From a bacterium (GTDB lineage: Bacteria; SAR324; NAC60-12): DNA of 29,316 bases. Within the stretch, counting starts at the first letter, position 1. Every line of letters begins with the position of its first letter. The stretch lies in assembly GCA_965233585.1 (NCBI GenBank), contig CBDDTI010000231.1, positions 1-29,316 of the forward strand, given 5' to 3'. Made by a program: the position numbers and the translations under genes. Positions 1-10,461 of the stretch are shown piece after piece. The notes below the pieces were generated by a model. That model worked only from the letters and a program-made list of their open reading frames with translations, did not search any database and was not told the DNA's origin.

Positions 1-68
1 TCCTTCTGAGCGGGTTTGCACGAAGTATTTCTCCCCCAAGCTGGACCAATCAAGTCAACTTGTGAGAA

Positions 69-277
69 GGCTCATGGACCACAGACACAATGGTATGACA
101 CAACAAGAGTTCCTAAATTTTTTTAAAATAATAAATCAATAAATTTTAATAATAATAACAACACAATTTTGACGATAAAATAATAATAATAATATTTTTA
201 AAAATAATATTATTAGTAATAAAAATCCTAAAAAAATTTAGGCCCATTTATAAGGACCGTGTCGTGGTCCACAAGCC
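69..277. mobile_element. ~209-bp MITE with GG...CC terminal inverted repeats and 8-bp TSD (Merlin- or hAT-like)
   Basis: Left end GGCTCATGGACCACAGACAC resembles the reverse complement of the right end (GGCTTGTGGACCACGACAC). TGTGAGAA is duplicated exactly at 61-68 and 278-285. Interior is AT-rich. Confidence 0.7.
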
Positions 278-519
278 TGTGAGAATGTATACATGAAAAA
301 AAAATCAATGTATACTTGCTAAAGATGAATTTGAAAGAAGATCACCTGGGACGCTCATTAAATGGTCGGCACTACGATGGGAAATAATTTTTACAACTCC
401 ATGTACAGATAAGTTTGTACATATACACGTGAACACCTAATCGGAATTTTAAAAGGCCGTGCAATTTTTCCCTCTTTTATAGCATTGAGTGACTATCTAT
501 ATGTAATATACTGCTTTGG

Positions 520-1716
520 CAGCTTAAAAGATGATGAAAACGAATTTTGTTGAAAGACTGAATTTTGTTGAAGAATGTTGTTTGTAGGTTAGGTTTGTTG
601 CAAGACCCACTACAAGTGGCCACGGCTGGCGTCACAGCCCCAAGGCTGATGCACCAAGCCCGTTGGCTATTTGGGACCAAATTCGGCAGATTCTTGGTGG
701 ATTTTCAGCGGATTTTTGGCGGATGGGCAGATTTTTGGCAGAATTTCGGCGGATTTTCAGCGGATTTTCAGCGAGATTTCCGGACGATGAGATCTGGACG
801 GTGAGATCCGGATGGCGAGAGAGATCCGGACAGCATGAGATCCTGGACCCGGTGGAGACTCTGGATGACCCCGAGAGGGACCCTGCCAACTCGGTGAGAG
901 AGACCCTGGTCTGCGAGATCCTTTTGGAAAACGAGATCCTACCCTGTGGAGACTCTGCTGACCACCGTGGGGACCCTGCCAACCCTGTGGGGACCCTGCC
1001 AATCCCTTTGCAAACCCCGTGGTAACTCCTGCCAACCACTGTGGAGACCCCGCCAACCATGATGGCGAACCCCATGGGGACCCTGCCAACCCCATGATGA
1101 ACCCCATCAACCCCGTGATGACCCCATCAACCCCAGGATTCAGCTCAAAATGAACCCTGTGATGACCCCATTTCAACTTAAGTTCAAAAGGCTGATGATG
1201 AGGAGTTGAAGAAGAGCTGCCGGATGTGTCTTTCCCTGGTGATCCATCATGAGATTCCAGGTGTGACTTTCTTTAGACATTCATCAGAAGACCCATGGGG
1301 TGCTATTTTTGGAGATTTATTGGAAGAATCCTGGTGTGAACATCCCTGGAGATCCAATGGAAAATAATAATAATGTGTTCAGTGTGATTAAGTACAAATG
1401 ATTGAGCTCGATGTTATTTTGGGAATCCAATGACAACTTCTCCAACAACTTGTGTATGATGTATTTTTTAAGGTATTAATGATCAAACAGACAGTTCAGC
1501 AAGATAAAAAAGATGTTACCTTATTAATAAATATATATGCAAATACTTGAAACATTAACAAATCCTCATTTGCATCTTTACAACTCAAGAGTTAAATAAA
1601 ACAAAATAAGATTATTTCACAGCTTGTTAGTTATCTTTTTCTTCTATTACTCCATCTTAATGGTCAAACAAATCAACTTGGTGATTAATGATCAACATAA
1701 TAATGTTCAGCAAGAT
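520..1716 (+). repeat. Dispersed composite repeat with internal GC-rich minisatellites; left arm of a large inverted pair
   Basis: Co-linear with the reverse complement of ~4190-5279, from CAGCTTAAAAG..TGATGAAAA through ..AATGTTCAGCAAGAT. Internal arrays of GGCGGATTTT, GATCCGGA-type and GGGACCCTGCCAACCC units. Confidence 0.85.
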
Positions 1717-1765
1717 GATTGGCGTTGTTTTCCCCAACGTATGGATACCAAGATACTAAATCTAC

Positions 1766-1885
1766 TTGGTGAAAATAAAGCCTAAGGCATTATATTCACC
1801 AAGAATTTTGGTGAAAATAAGTGCTAGGCATTATTTTCACCAAGGATTTTGGTGAAAATAAGTGCTAGGCATTATTTTCACCAAG
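1766..1885. repeat. ~41-bp tandem repeat made of palindromic units
   Basis: Repeated TTATTTTCACCAA-ggatt-TTGGTGAAAATAA-GTGCTAGGCA, about three copies. Confidence 0.8.
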
Positions 1886-1922
1886 TTCATTAAACCAAGT
1901 TTATACAGTGCTGCTAGGTTGT

Positions 1923-2190
1923 CCAACTAATGATGAGGGGGCAGATTTAAAGCTTTCACCAAGTTGGGGAAGACAGAGGGGAAAGAGAATGCACATGCAG
2001 CACATAAAAAAGAATGACGAAATAACCGGCCAACTAAAGATGAGGGGGCAGATTTCAAACTTTCACCAAGTTGGGGGAGACAGGGGGAGAGGGCAAAGCG
2101 TGCATGCCAGCAGAGTAACTATTATAGTACATAGAGCGCCAACTAAAGATGAGGGGGCAGGTTTCAAACTTGTCACCATGTTGGGGCAGC
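1923..2190. repeat. Three spaced copies of a ~48-bp motif
   Basis: CCAACTAA(A/T)GATGAGGGGGCAG(A/G)TTT..AACTTTCACCAAGTTGGGG near 1923, 2029 and 2139, with a degenerate copy near 2452. Confidence 0.7.
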
Positions 2191-2427
2191 CAACAGCTGC
2201 TAGAGTTTCTACATTAGCTATGCTGTTGGTACAGTAAGACATTCTACAAATTCTGGTTGGATGCAAGTAAATATCTATGGACCTATCTAATATTAATCCA
2301 GCATATCTATGCTGGAATAGGTTATAAGACCATGCAATTTAATCCCACTGTTAACATTGAGTCCAAGTGATCTATGTGATATATCATTGCTCTCGGTTGT
2401 ATCCTTCTAAGATGAAGCCCCACCAGA

Positions 2428-2760
2428 TAGTCTTTGGGCATCAAGCTTCCATTGAGGGGGCGAGATGGTTCAAACTTTCACCAAATTAAGGGGCATTTGA
2501 CAGGGCAAATTGATTTCTCTATATCATAGTGTAACTTTTGGAATAAAGGGCCTAAGAAATTCTATTTTTCTGGTTGATTGCAAGCTATTTGAATAGTTTG
2601 AGATATACTTAATATTTAGGTGAGACATTAACTTTCTAGAATATTTAAGGAGAACCGTTGCATTTGGTTTTCCCTCTAGTTAACTTATTTAGTAAGTGGT
2701 TCCCAATGCCATCTACCTGTGTTATATATCCTGCTTTGGGTTCGTATCAGCTGACACTTC
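2428..2760. mobile_element. Diverged copy of the ~320-bp MITE family also at 25858 and 27520
   Basis: Shares ATAGTCTTTGGG.ATCAAGCTTC, TAACTTATT..G.AAG.GGTTCCCA.TGCCATCTACC and CAGCTGA blocks in the same order. Confidence 0.5.
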
Positions 2761-3016
2761 AAGTGAAGCGCTGTCAATTTGGTGCCTGAGAAGTTGCTCA
2801 ACAGATGGCGTTAAGAATGCCTTATTAATAAGCCACTTCATAAAATGTAACCCCTCATTTTTTCAAGAAAATTAATAAAAAAATGGTAAGAAATAGAACT
2901 GGCTGGTTTGGATTGCTTGGAAGAATAAATATAACAAGAATGAAACCTTCATCTTCAAAAAGTACCAAAATTCAATAAAAAGCAAAGTGCCAATGCCCCC
3001 TAGAAATGGCCCCCTC

Positions 3017-3273
3017 CATAGGCGGACGAGCAAAGGGGGCGGGAGGGGGGCAGCAGCCCCTAGTCTCAAAAATATTTGGGCAAAACGACAAAAATTCGGG
3101 CAAAATGCCAAAATTCGGCCAAAAAAACGTAATTTTTTCAGGCAAACAGGGCAGCAGCCCCCTAGTCTCGAAAATATTCGGGCAAAACGCCAAAATTCGG
3201 CCAAAAAGACGTAATTTTTTCGGGCAAACAGGGTGCCCCCCCCCCCGACTCGGATCGTGCCCGTACTCTTATG
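3017..3273. mobile_element. hAT-like MITE with internal ~100-bp tandem duplication
   Basis: Imperfect TIRs CATAGGCGGACGAGCA / TGCCCGTACTCTTATG. Flanks GCCCCCTC (3009-3016) and CCCCCCTC (3274-3281) give a 7/8 TSD. Two internal copies of GGGCAGCAGCCCCTAGTCTC.AAAATATT.GGGCAAAACG. Confidence 0.65.
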
Positions 3274-3949
3274 CCCCCCTCAGAACTACTAGTAATCCCA
3301 TCTTTTGATTTTTAGTGAAGCTAGAGCATCAAAGAATATTGGACTCTTCAGCTTGGATAAGTAAGAAAAGCAGATTGCAGTTATTTTGTAAAAAAGAAAG
3401 ATCTATTGATTTTACGGGGAGCGGTACGTGGAAATCGCCGGGAATCTGTCAAATCTGACCCCCGACGACCTGATGGGCTGTGGTGCCGGCCTTGGGGCTG
3501 TGATGCTGCCCATGGTGCCGGCAGTGGCACCGGCCATGGCGCCGTCTGGGTTTCGATGTTTCCTCGAATCTGTCAGTTATCCATCAATTTTTAGTCCATG
3601 GGATGAGGCCATCTCCACCTTGATAAAATATCTTAGTAAAAAAAAGTTTGCCTCGAGGATCATTGCCAGGATGATGAGGTCATTTTCCAGGCCAATCCTT
3701 CTTCATTCTGAAAAAGAGTCAGTACAACCTATGAGTGAAGATAGATAATGGGCACATATCAAGTGAAATCAGTCAATGCAAAAGCAGTTGTTTTACCCAT
3801 CCCTGGCATTGTAGACACAAAGCCAATGGTATAAGCTGGATCCACCCTGCCCCACCCTGCCCAAATGTATTCCAAATAATCTTCTTTTGCTTTTATTTAC
3901 CTTTTGAATTGTAAATTTAATGAATGTAAATGTAAGGTAACATCTTTCT

Positions 3950-5279
3950 TATCTTGCTGAACATTAAGTTGATCATTAATCTCATGAATCATCAAGTTGA
4001 TTTGTTTGATCATTAATATGGAGTAATAGAAGAAAAAGATAAGTAACAAGCTGTGAAATAATCTTATTTTGGTTATTTAACTCTTGAGTTGTAGGGATGC
4101 AAATGAGGTTTTGCCCCACATGTATTCCAAATTATCTTATTTTGTTTTTATTTAGCTTTTCAGTTGTAAATGTAAGGTAACATCTTTTTTATCTTGCTGA
4201 ACATTATTATGTTGATCATTAATATCATTAATCACCAAGTTGATTTGTTTGATCATTAAGATGGAGTAATAGAAGAAAAAGATAACTAACAAGATGTGAA
4301 ATAATCTTATTTTGGTTTATTTAACTCTTGAGTTGTAACGATGCAAATGAGGTTTTGTTGATGTTTCAAGTATTTGCACATATATTTATTAATAAGGTAA
4401 CATCTTTTATATCTTGCTGAACTGTTTGTTTGATCATTAACACCTTAAAAAATACGTACATCATACACAAGTTGTTGAAGAAGTTGTCATTGGATTCACA
4501 AAAATAGCATCAAGCTCAATCATTGGTACTTAATCACACTGATCACCTTGTCAAAGCACACATCATTACTATTTTCAATTGGATCTCCAGAGAAGCTCAC
4601 ACCAGGATTCTTCCAATAAATCTCCAAAGAAAGTCACCCCGTTGGTCTTCTGATGCATATCTAAAGAGGGTCACCTGGGATGGACACCATGATGGATCAC
4701 CAGGGAAAGACACATCCGGCAGCTCTTCTTCAACTCTTCATCGTCAGCTTTTTGACTCTAGTTAAATGACCACAGTTCATTTTGTGCTGAAATTGGTTGA
4801 TGGGGTCATCATGGGGTTGATGGGGTCCCAATGGGGTTGACAGGGTCCCCACGAGGTTGGCAGGGTCCCCACAGGGCTGGTGGGGTCGTCACATGGCTGG
4901 CGGAGTTACCACAGGGTTGGGGTTGGTGGGATCCCCACGGGTTGGCAGTGTCCCCAGGTGGTTGGCGGGGTCTCCACAGGGTTGGCAGGGTCCCCAAGGG
5001 GTCAGCAGAGTCTCCACACTAGGATCTCATCGTCCGGATCTCGCCGTCCAGATCTTGCTGCCCGGATCTCGCCATCCGGATCTCCGAAAATCCGCCGAAA
5101 ATCCGCCAAAAATCCGCTGAATCTGGTCCCAAATGGCCAATGGGCTGGTCGCCGGCCTTGGGGCTGTGACGCGGCCGTGACCACTTGTAGTGGGTCTTCC
5201 AACAAGCCAATCTTCAAACAACATTCTTCATCAAAATTTACTCATTCAACAAAATTTATTTTCATCACTTTTAAGCTGT
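3950..5279 (-). repeat. Inverted copy of the 520-1716 composite repeat, with an extra tandem ~240-bp AT-rich unit at 3950-4190
   Basis: Reverse-complement match to 520-1716. ATCTTGCTGAACATTA..GATCATTAA..ATGGAGTAATAGAAGAAAAAGATAA occurs twice in tandem. Confidence 0.85.
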
Positions 5280-5280
5280 C

Positions 5281-6482
5281 TTGACCGCATTCGGCTCTTG
5301 TACCTTTAACGACAAACGGAACATGTGAACTGTCGGTTGACATAGCCTTCTTGTGGGTTTTAATTGTCAAACCAGGCAGATCATACCTGATCCTCTGTCC
5401 TTTGAATTTTCAGACATGATAACGAGGACAATGGATTTTGTGAGGAATGTGCCAGACGTAAGAAACATCTCCACCGGCGTAGTGGCTGTCCTCAGCAGGG
5501 CAGGTTAGCCAGACATTATTTTACTGAGCAATGATGCCGTCGTCATCTCCCCTGGAAATGAACTTCTCATAGCGATAGAGGAGTTCTTCGGTGACGTACA
5601 TGACCATTTGGTCAACCTCGACGCCATTGATATGAAGAGTTCCACCATTACAGGTAATCTGACTGCCGTAGAACCCGGAGTAAGCGTTGGCTGAACCCTT
5701 AGCAAAATAATTAATTTCCTTTTGGACATTCTTAGCTATGCTATAAGTTTTGCCATCACCTGCTCAATATTGGCCCATTGCCAGAGACCGGCACTCATTA
5801 TAGGCCAAAATCTTAGGATGCCGGAAGAAAGTTTCTTGCAGCAAAGGATTGGCATGATCAGCATTTCCACAATTGTAAGTAAGTAAATTGTGAAATATAC
5901 CTTTCGCACCTAGTACCCAGAAACCCTCGTCTCGTATTGGACAATCTGGAATTGAGTAACAGGTTGAATATCATACGTCTCCTTTTCGCTGGCCTCTACA
6001 GGCTCACCAGGATCATGTATGAACAAGCTTACGGGCTTGACATCCATGGGTTTGGAACAGTCGTACCCTGCCAAAAATCGTTAGTTATCTCGAGCCTTGA
6101 GGTTCCGAAGTTGATCTTCGTTAAGCCCAAGTTCGGTTACCGGATCTGGAATAGCTTGGCAGCATTCGTGCAATGCTCTTCGTTCTATAAAGTGACATGT
6201 GGATCTTATAACAAGATTAGGAGATCCAACTTTCGCTAGAACGGTCAGGCCTGTAAACTGTGGAGGATTAAGTGGCTCACGTATCCCGTCAGGGATAATT
6301 GGTGGAAAGAGACTAGAGACAGTTTCTGAAAGAGTTTCCCCTTTTTTGCTCGGAGGTAAAATCTCTAGGGCAGCGACTTGGGGGGACTCTAGGGTAGCAT
6401 CTTGGGATTTGTTAAGTTCACTTACTTGAATTAAGCAGCACAAGATAAAGGACAGGAAAACAAAATACTCTGTCAAGTTCAT
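5281..6482 (-). pseudogene. Decayed chuvirus/Jingchuvirales-like (class III) envelope glycoprotein, 3'-truncated
   Basis: Manual translation: signal-peptide-like MNLTEYFVFLSFILCCLIQVS (ATG 6482) ...KARDN*RFLAGYDCSKPMDVKPVSLFIHDP...TQFQIVQYETR / GTRCERYISQFTY / NCGNADHANP...NECRSLAMGQY*...QITCNGG...LTCPAEDSHYAGGDVSYVWHIPHKIHCP...AECGQ. The GYDC..C..CG..H..C..C.G..C..YVW..CP..CG pattern is what I recognise from chuvirus glycoproteins. It has at least 4 stops and 2 frameshifts. Confidence 0.75.
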
Positions 6483-6509
6483 TTTGTGATAAAAGAATGA
6501 TGAGAGTTT

Positions 6510-7425
6510 AAACAAATGAGCTGAAAGATGTATTTTTTCAAGGTTCGCCCTCATTATCACATTTTAAGTGGGATGTTGCATAAGCACCTATTATTGTATT
6601 TTCCACTTGCATGTGTACTGCTTTTTTAGTCAGGCCATCTCTATATGACTCATCAGCTGAAATTTGATACTTTCTAACCATTCTCACCATGTACCACTAA
6701 TAGTGGAACATTACAAAACTTGAGCGGTACCATCCTTCCCTTTCAAGAATCAATAGTTTCAAGAAAAAAACAAAGAAGCTGGAAGATGTATTTTTTCGAG
6801 GTTCGCCCTTATTATCACATTTTAAATGGGATGTTGCATAAGCACCTTTATTTTGTGTTTTCACACACAGTTGTACTGCTTTTTTTTAGTCAGGCCATCT
6901 TTATATGACCTGAAATTTGATGCTTTCTTACCATTCTCAACATGTACCACTAATATTGGAACATTACAAAAATTGAGAGGTACAATCTTCCCTTTCAAGA
7001 ATCAATAGTTTCAAGAAATAAAAAAAGAAGCTGAAAGATGTATTTTTTCGAGGTTCGCCTTCATTATCACATTTTAAATGGGATGTTGCATAAGCAGCTA
7101 TTTTTGTATTTTCCACAAGCAGGGGTACTGCTTTTTTTAGTCAGGCCATCTCTATATGACTCATCACCTGAAATTTGATGCTTTCTAACCATTCTCACCA
7201 TGTACCACTAATAGTGGAACATTGCAAAACTTGAGAGGTACAATCTTCCCTTTCAAGAATCAATAGTTTCATGAAATAAACAAAGAAGGTGAAAGGTGTA
7301 TTTTTTCGAGGTTCGCCTTCATTTTCACATTTTAAATGGGATGTAGCATGGACACCTATTTTTGTGTTTTCCACACACAGTTGTACTGCTTTTTTAGTCA
7401 GGCCATCTCTATATGACACATCACC
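6510..7425. repeat. ~256-bp satellite, ~3.5 copies, interrupted by LTR1
   Basis: CTGAAAGATGTATTTTTTC.AGGTTCGCC recurs at 6521, 6779, 7031 and 7289 (periods 258, 252, 258). The last unit stops at ...CATCACC, where the LTR starts. Confidence 0.9.
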
Positions 7426-7782
7426 TGTCAAATCTTATACAAGAATAATATTATAGTCGATTTTATGAGATGGCCTTTTCTATCACAGTACTGACCCATA
7501 TATGTTTTTGCCCACCACCTTGATCTAAAAAGAACAAAATTGTGCCCTTGAAAGTAAAATGCTGGCAACGACCCAGATACAGTATGACATTGTAGTTGTA
7601 CAGATTTCTTGCTTTCACTTGTGTTTCTATCTTTAAGTCGTATGGACGTTTTTGTATGAAATATAAGCAGCAATTCTTGGTCACGACAAATTGGATTATA
7701 AGATCATCAGAACATCATTCTCGTTACGTTTACAAGTTCTTCGTGCCGTTCAATTTGTGGACAAGTAATTAGATATATTACA
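7426..7782 (+). repeat. LTR1 (357 bp, TGT...ACA)
   Basis: Starts TGTCAAATC and ends ATATTACA, followed by TTGG. I count 7 substitutions versus LTR2/LTR3. Confidence 0.95.
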
Positions 7783-8273
7783 TTGGTTTATCGTCAACGG
7801 GAAGCAGAGACCTTTTAAGGACCGAGCAGGCGAGCAATCAATCCAATTGAACCAAGGTACTGTTATATAAATTCTGGTGTAGATAGAAATGAATAATCGG
7901 CAGGGTCAGCCAGTAAGAAGGTGGTACAGAGAATCCTATTGCGTCACATGTGGAGATTGGTTCTCAGACATATTGACAAGAAGAATCATACACTTGGACT
8001 GTCCATTGTGTAGACTGATTAGGGGAGAAAATAGGTATTCTTTGTGCTTCGTGCGGAAGGAATCATAAGCATCCTACCTTTTGCATGAGCCCTGGAGATT
8101 TGCCACCTTTACAGTACAATCTACACTACGCCGGAAGAAAACGTGATTAGATGAGTTGAAGATGGAAATGTAAGTCAGATTTAGTGTTAAGACATTCATT
8201 AGTTCATTAGTAATAGGTCAAAAACAATAAGTTATTTTTTGAGAAAAGACAATTAGCATACATTTAGTTCAAA

Positions 8274-9620
8274 ATGGTCAGGACAAGATCAGCAGTGCAT
8301 AATAACCCTACTGTAATGGAGTTGAAGCGTATTGCTAGGGCATCAAGAAGACAAGAATGGCTCAGTTACTATGAGACAATAGAACAGGCCATCAGAGCTG
8401 GCGAAATTAAGGATTATTTCGCTGGGTCAACAGTGGGTGAGGATGAAGATGAACAAGACAGGTTTAAACTTTGCATCCGCCTCCTTTACGGGTTTCCCTT
8501 TGAAGAGTACATCGCCGTTACAAAGGAGGTACCCATTGTTACCCTCCTGATGAGGGAATTAGACAAATCTCTCAACAGGGAGGCATATCCGGGGCAATCA
8601 GAAGCTTTGGTATCTGATTGCACGGAAGAAGAAGTAAAAGGGTTCATGGTGGCCAGGAGAGCTCTTGTCTGCAGCTATCTTGAGAAGCTTCAATCATTTA
8701 GGGAAAAGGTTACAGTACAAGAAAAAGGATGGACCGAGGGTCTAAGCATTTATAAGGCAATGGCCTTGTCCCTTTTTCGAGAGTATTTGGATACTCTCGC
8801 ACATTTGCTGTTCTTGTCAGGAGAAAGTTTAATTAACGCAGTGATAGGACACACACAGTGGGCCAAAGAAAACGTTTTACCTGTAGTGCAAATGCTCATG
8901 ACCGCATTTTGAGATGACAATGTCTCTGCTCCAGTTTTATTTGAGCATTTTCCCGCAGCAGGGGAAACTTTCCTCTCATTTAGATCAACCTTGGAGGACG
9001 AGGTTAAAGAAAAACTCAAGAATGAGGTTAATGAGGAGAAAGTTGAAGGCGCGGCAGCTTTCCATCCAGGAATGTCATCAACCTTGAGGGATAACAAGCC
9101 AGCTCTCGATAAAAAAGATTTGCAGAAACAGCAAAGGTTAACTGCTATCTTTGAAGATGAGGATCTTTCACCGGAGCAAAAGTACTTCATGATGGAGTAC
9201 ATCAGGCAAGCGGATCATGAAGAAGATAATGAAAACTTTGTGACTACAGGAAAATTGGGAGAAGATGAAGACCCCTTAGAAAAGCGTTTTCACTTGCGTT
9301 TAGAAGAGACTGATCATGAACTTTATTCCTCACCCCAACCCCATTCTAGTCAATACCATTCTTTACCAGATGTCAAGCTCCCAAAATTCCATGGTAACCC
9401 CTTAGAATTTCATAAATTTTATTCTATGTTTCTTTGTTTGGTAGATAAGAATCCCAAAATTCCAAAAATCATGAAATTGCATTTACTCAACGATGCTCTT
9501 CGAGGTACAGCAAGCTATCTTACGCACCAGATTACGTATGCGCCGGGCAGTTATGACCAGTTGAAGCATAATTTGTTGCAAGCCTTTGGTGACACGGAGT
9601 CAGCCCTTAGTCAATTGCGA
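8274..9620 (+). pseudogene. gag: Truncated gag with premature stop
   Basis: Same protein as 10462 onward, but with an AGA>TGA nonsense change at 8910-8912 and truncation after ...ESALSQLR. Confidence 0.93.
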
Positions 9621-9970
9621 TCTTATACAAGAATAATATTATAGTTGATTTCATGAGATGGCCTTTTCTATCACAGTACTGACCCATATATGTTTTTGCC
9701 CACCACCTTGAACTAAAAAGAACAAAATTGTGCCCATGAAAGTAAAATGCTGGCAACGACCCAGATACAATATGACATTGTAGTTGTACAGATTTCTTGC
9801 TTTCACTTGTGTTTCTATCTTTAAGTCGTATGGACGTTTTTGTATGAAATATAAGCAGCAATTCTTGGTCACGACAAATTGGATTATAAGATCATCAGAA
9901 CATCATTCTCGTTACGTTTACAAGTTCTTCGTGCCGTTCAGCTTGTGGACAAGTAATTAGATATATTACA
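9620..9970 (+). repeat. LTR2 (5' LTR of the complete element; lacks first 6 nt TGTCAA)
   Basis: Identical to 22455-22806 on manual comparison, except for one A near the 3' terminus. Confidence 0.95.
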
Positions 9971-9971
9971 T

Positions 9972-9990
9972 TGGTTTATCGTCAACGGGA
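9972..9990 (+). promoter_or_regulatory. Putative primer-binding site
   Basis: TGGTTTATCGTCAACGGGA starts 1 nt after the LTR end, with the same sequence at 7784. TGG is complementary to tRNA CCA; I could not identify the cognate tRNA. Confidence 0.6.
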
Positions 9991-10076
9991 AGCAGAAACC
10001 TTTTAAGGACCGAGCAGGCGAGCAATCAATCCAATTGAACCAAGGTACTGTTATATAAATTCTGGTGTAGATAGAA

Positions 10077-10337
10077 ATGAATAATCGGCAGGATCAGCCA
10101 GTAAGAAGGTGGTACAGAGAATCCTATTGCGTCACATGTGGAGATTGGTTCTCAGACATATTGACAAGAAGAATCAGACATTTGGACTGTCCATTGTGTA
10201 GACTGATTAGGGGAGAAATAGGTATTCTTTGTGCTTCGTGCGGAAGGAATCATAAGCATCCTACCTTTTGCATGAGCCCTGGAGATTTGCCACCTTTAAA
10301 GTACAATCTACACTACGCCGGAAGAAAACGTGATTAG
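10077..10337 (+). CDS. 86-aa Cys/His-rich leader ORF (putative zinc-binding protein)
   Basis: ATG in GAAATG context; CVTC..H..CPLC..CASC...HKH...C. The copy at 7889 is frameshifted by an extra A near 8030. Confidence 0.55.
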   Translation: MNNRQDQPVRRWYRESYCVTCGDWFSDILTRRIRHLDCPLCRLIRGEIGILCASCGRNHKHPTFCMSPGDLPPLKYNLHYAGRKRD

Positions 10338-10461
10338 ACGAGTTGAAGATGGAAATGTAAGTCAGATTTAGTGTTAAGACATTCATTAGTTCATTAATAA
10401 TAGGTCAAAAACAATAAGTTATTTTTTGAGAAAAGACAAATTAGCATACATTTAGTTCAAA

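Larger units (their letters stand above)
7426..9620 (+). mobile_element. Truncated older copy of the BEL/Pao element (LTR + leader + 5' half of gag)
   Basis: Near-identical to the 5' part of the complete element at an offset of 2188 nt. It ends mid-gag at ...TCAATTGCGA. Confidence 0.95.

Noticed and set aside
477..1176. Multiple overlapping ORFs on both strands (also 4809-5284 and 2872-3308)
   Set aside because: They arise from GC-rich minisatellites lacking stops; the translations are repetitive and have no protein motifs.
1766..2190. Palindromic or spaced repeats superficially like a CRISPR array
   Set aside because: Eukaryotic context, no cas genes, and the spacers are either identical or irregular and too long.
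5505..5729. 74-aa minus-strand ORF
   Set aside because: It is the wrong frame of the glycoprotein pseudogene.
7428..7684. Antisense 73-84 aa ORFs repeated three times (also 9607-9872, 22451-22707)
   Set aside because: They recur only because they lie in the LTRs; non-ATG starts and no motifs.
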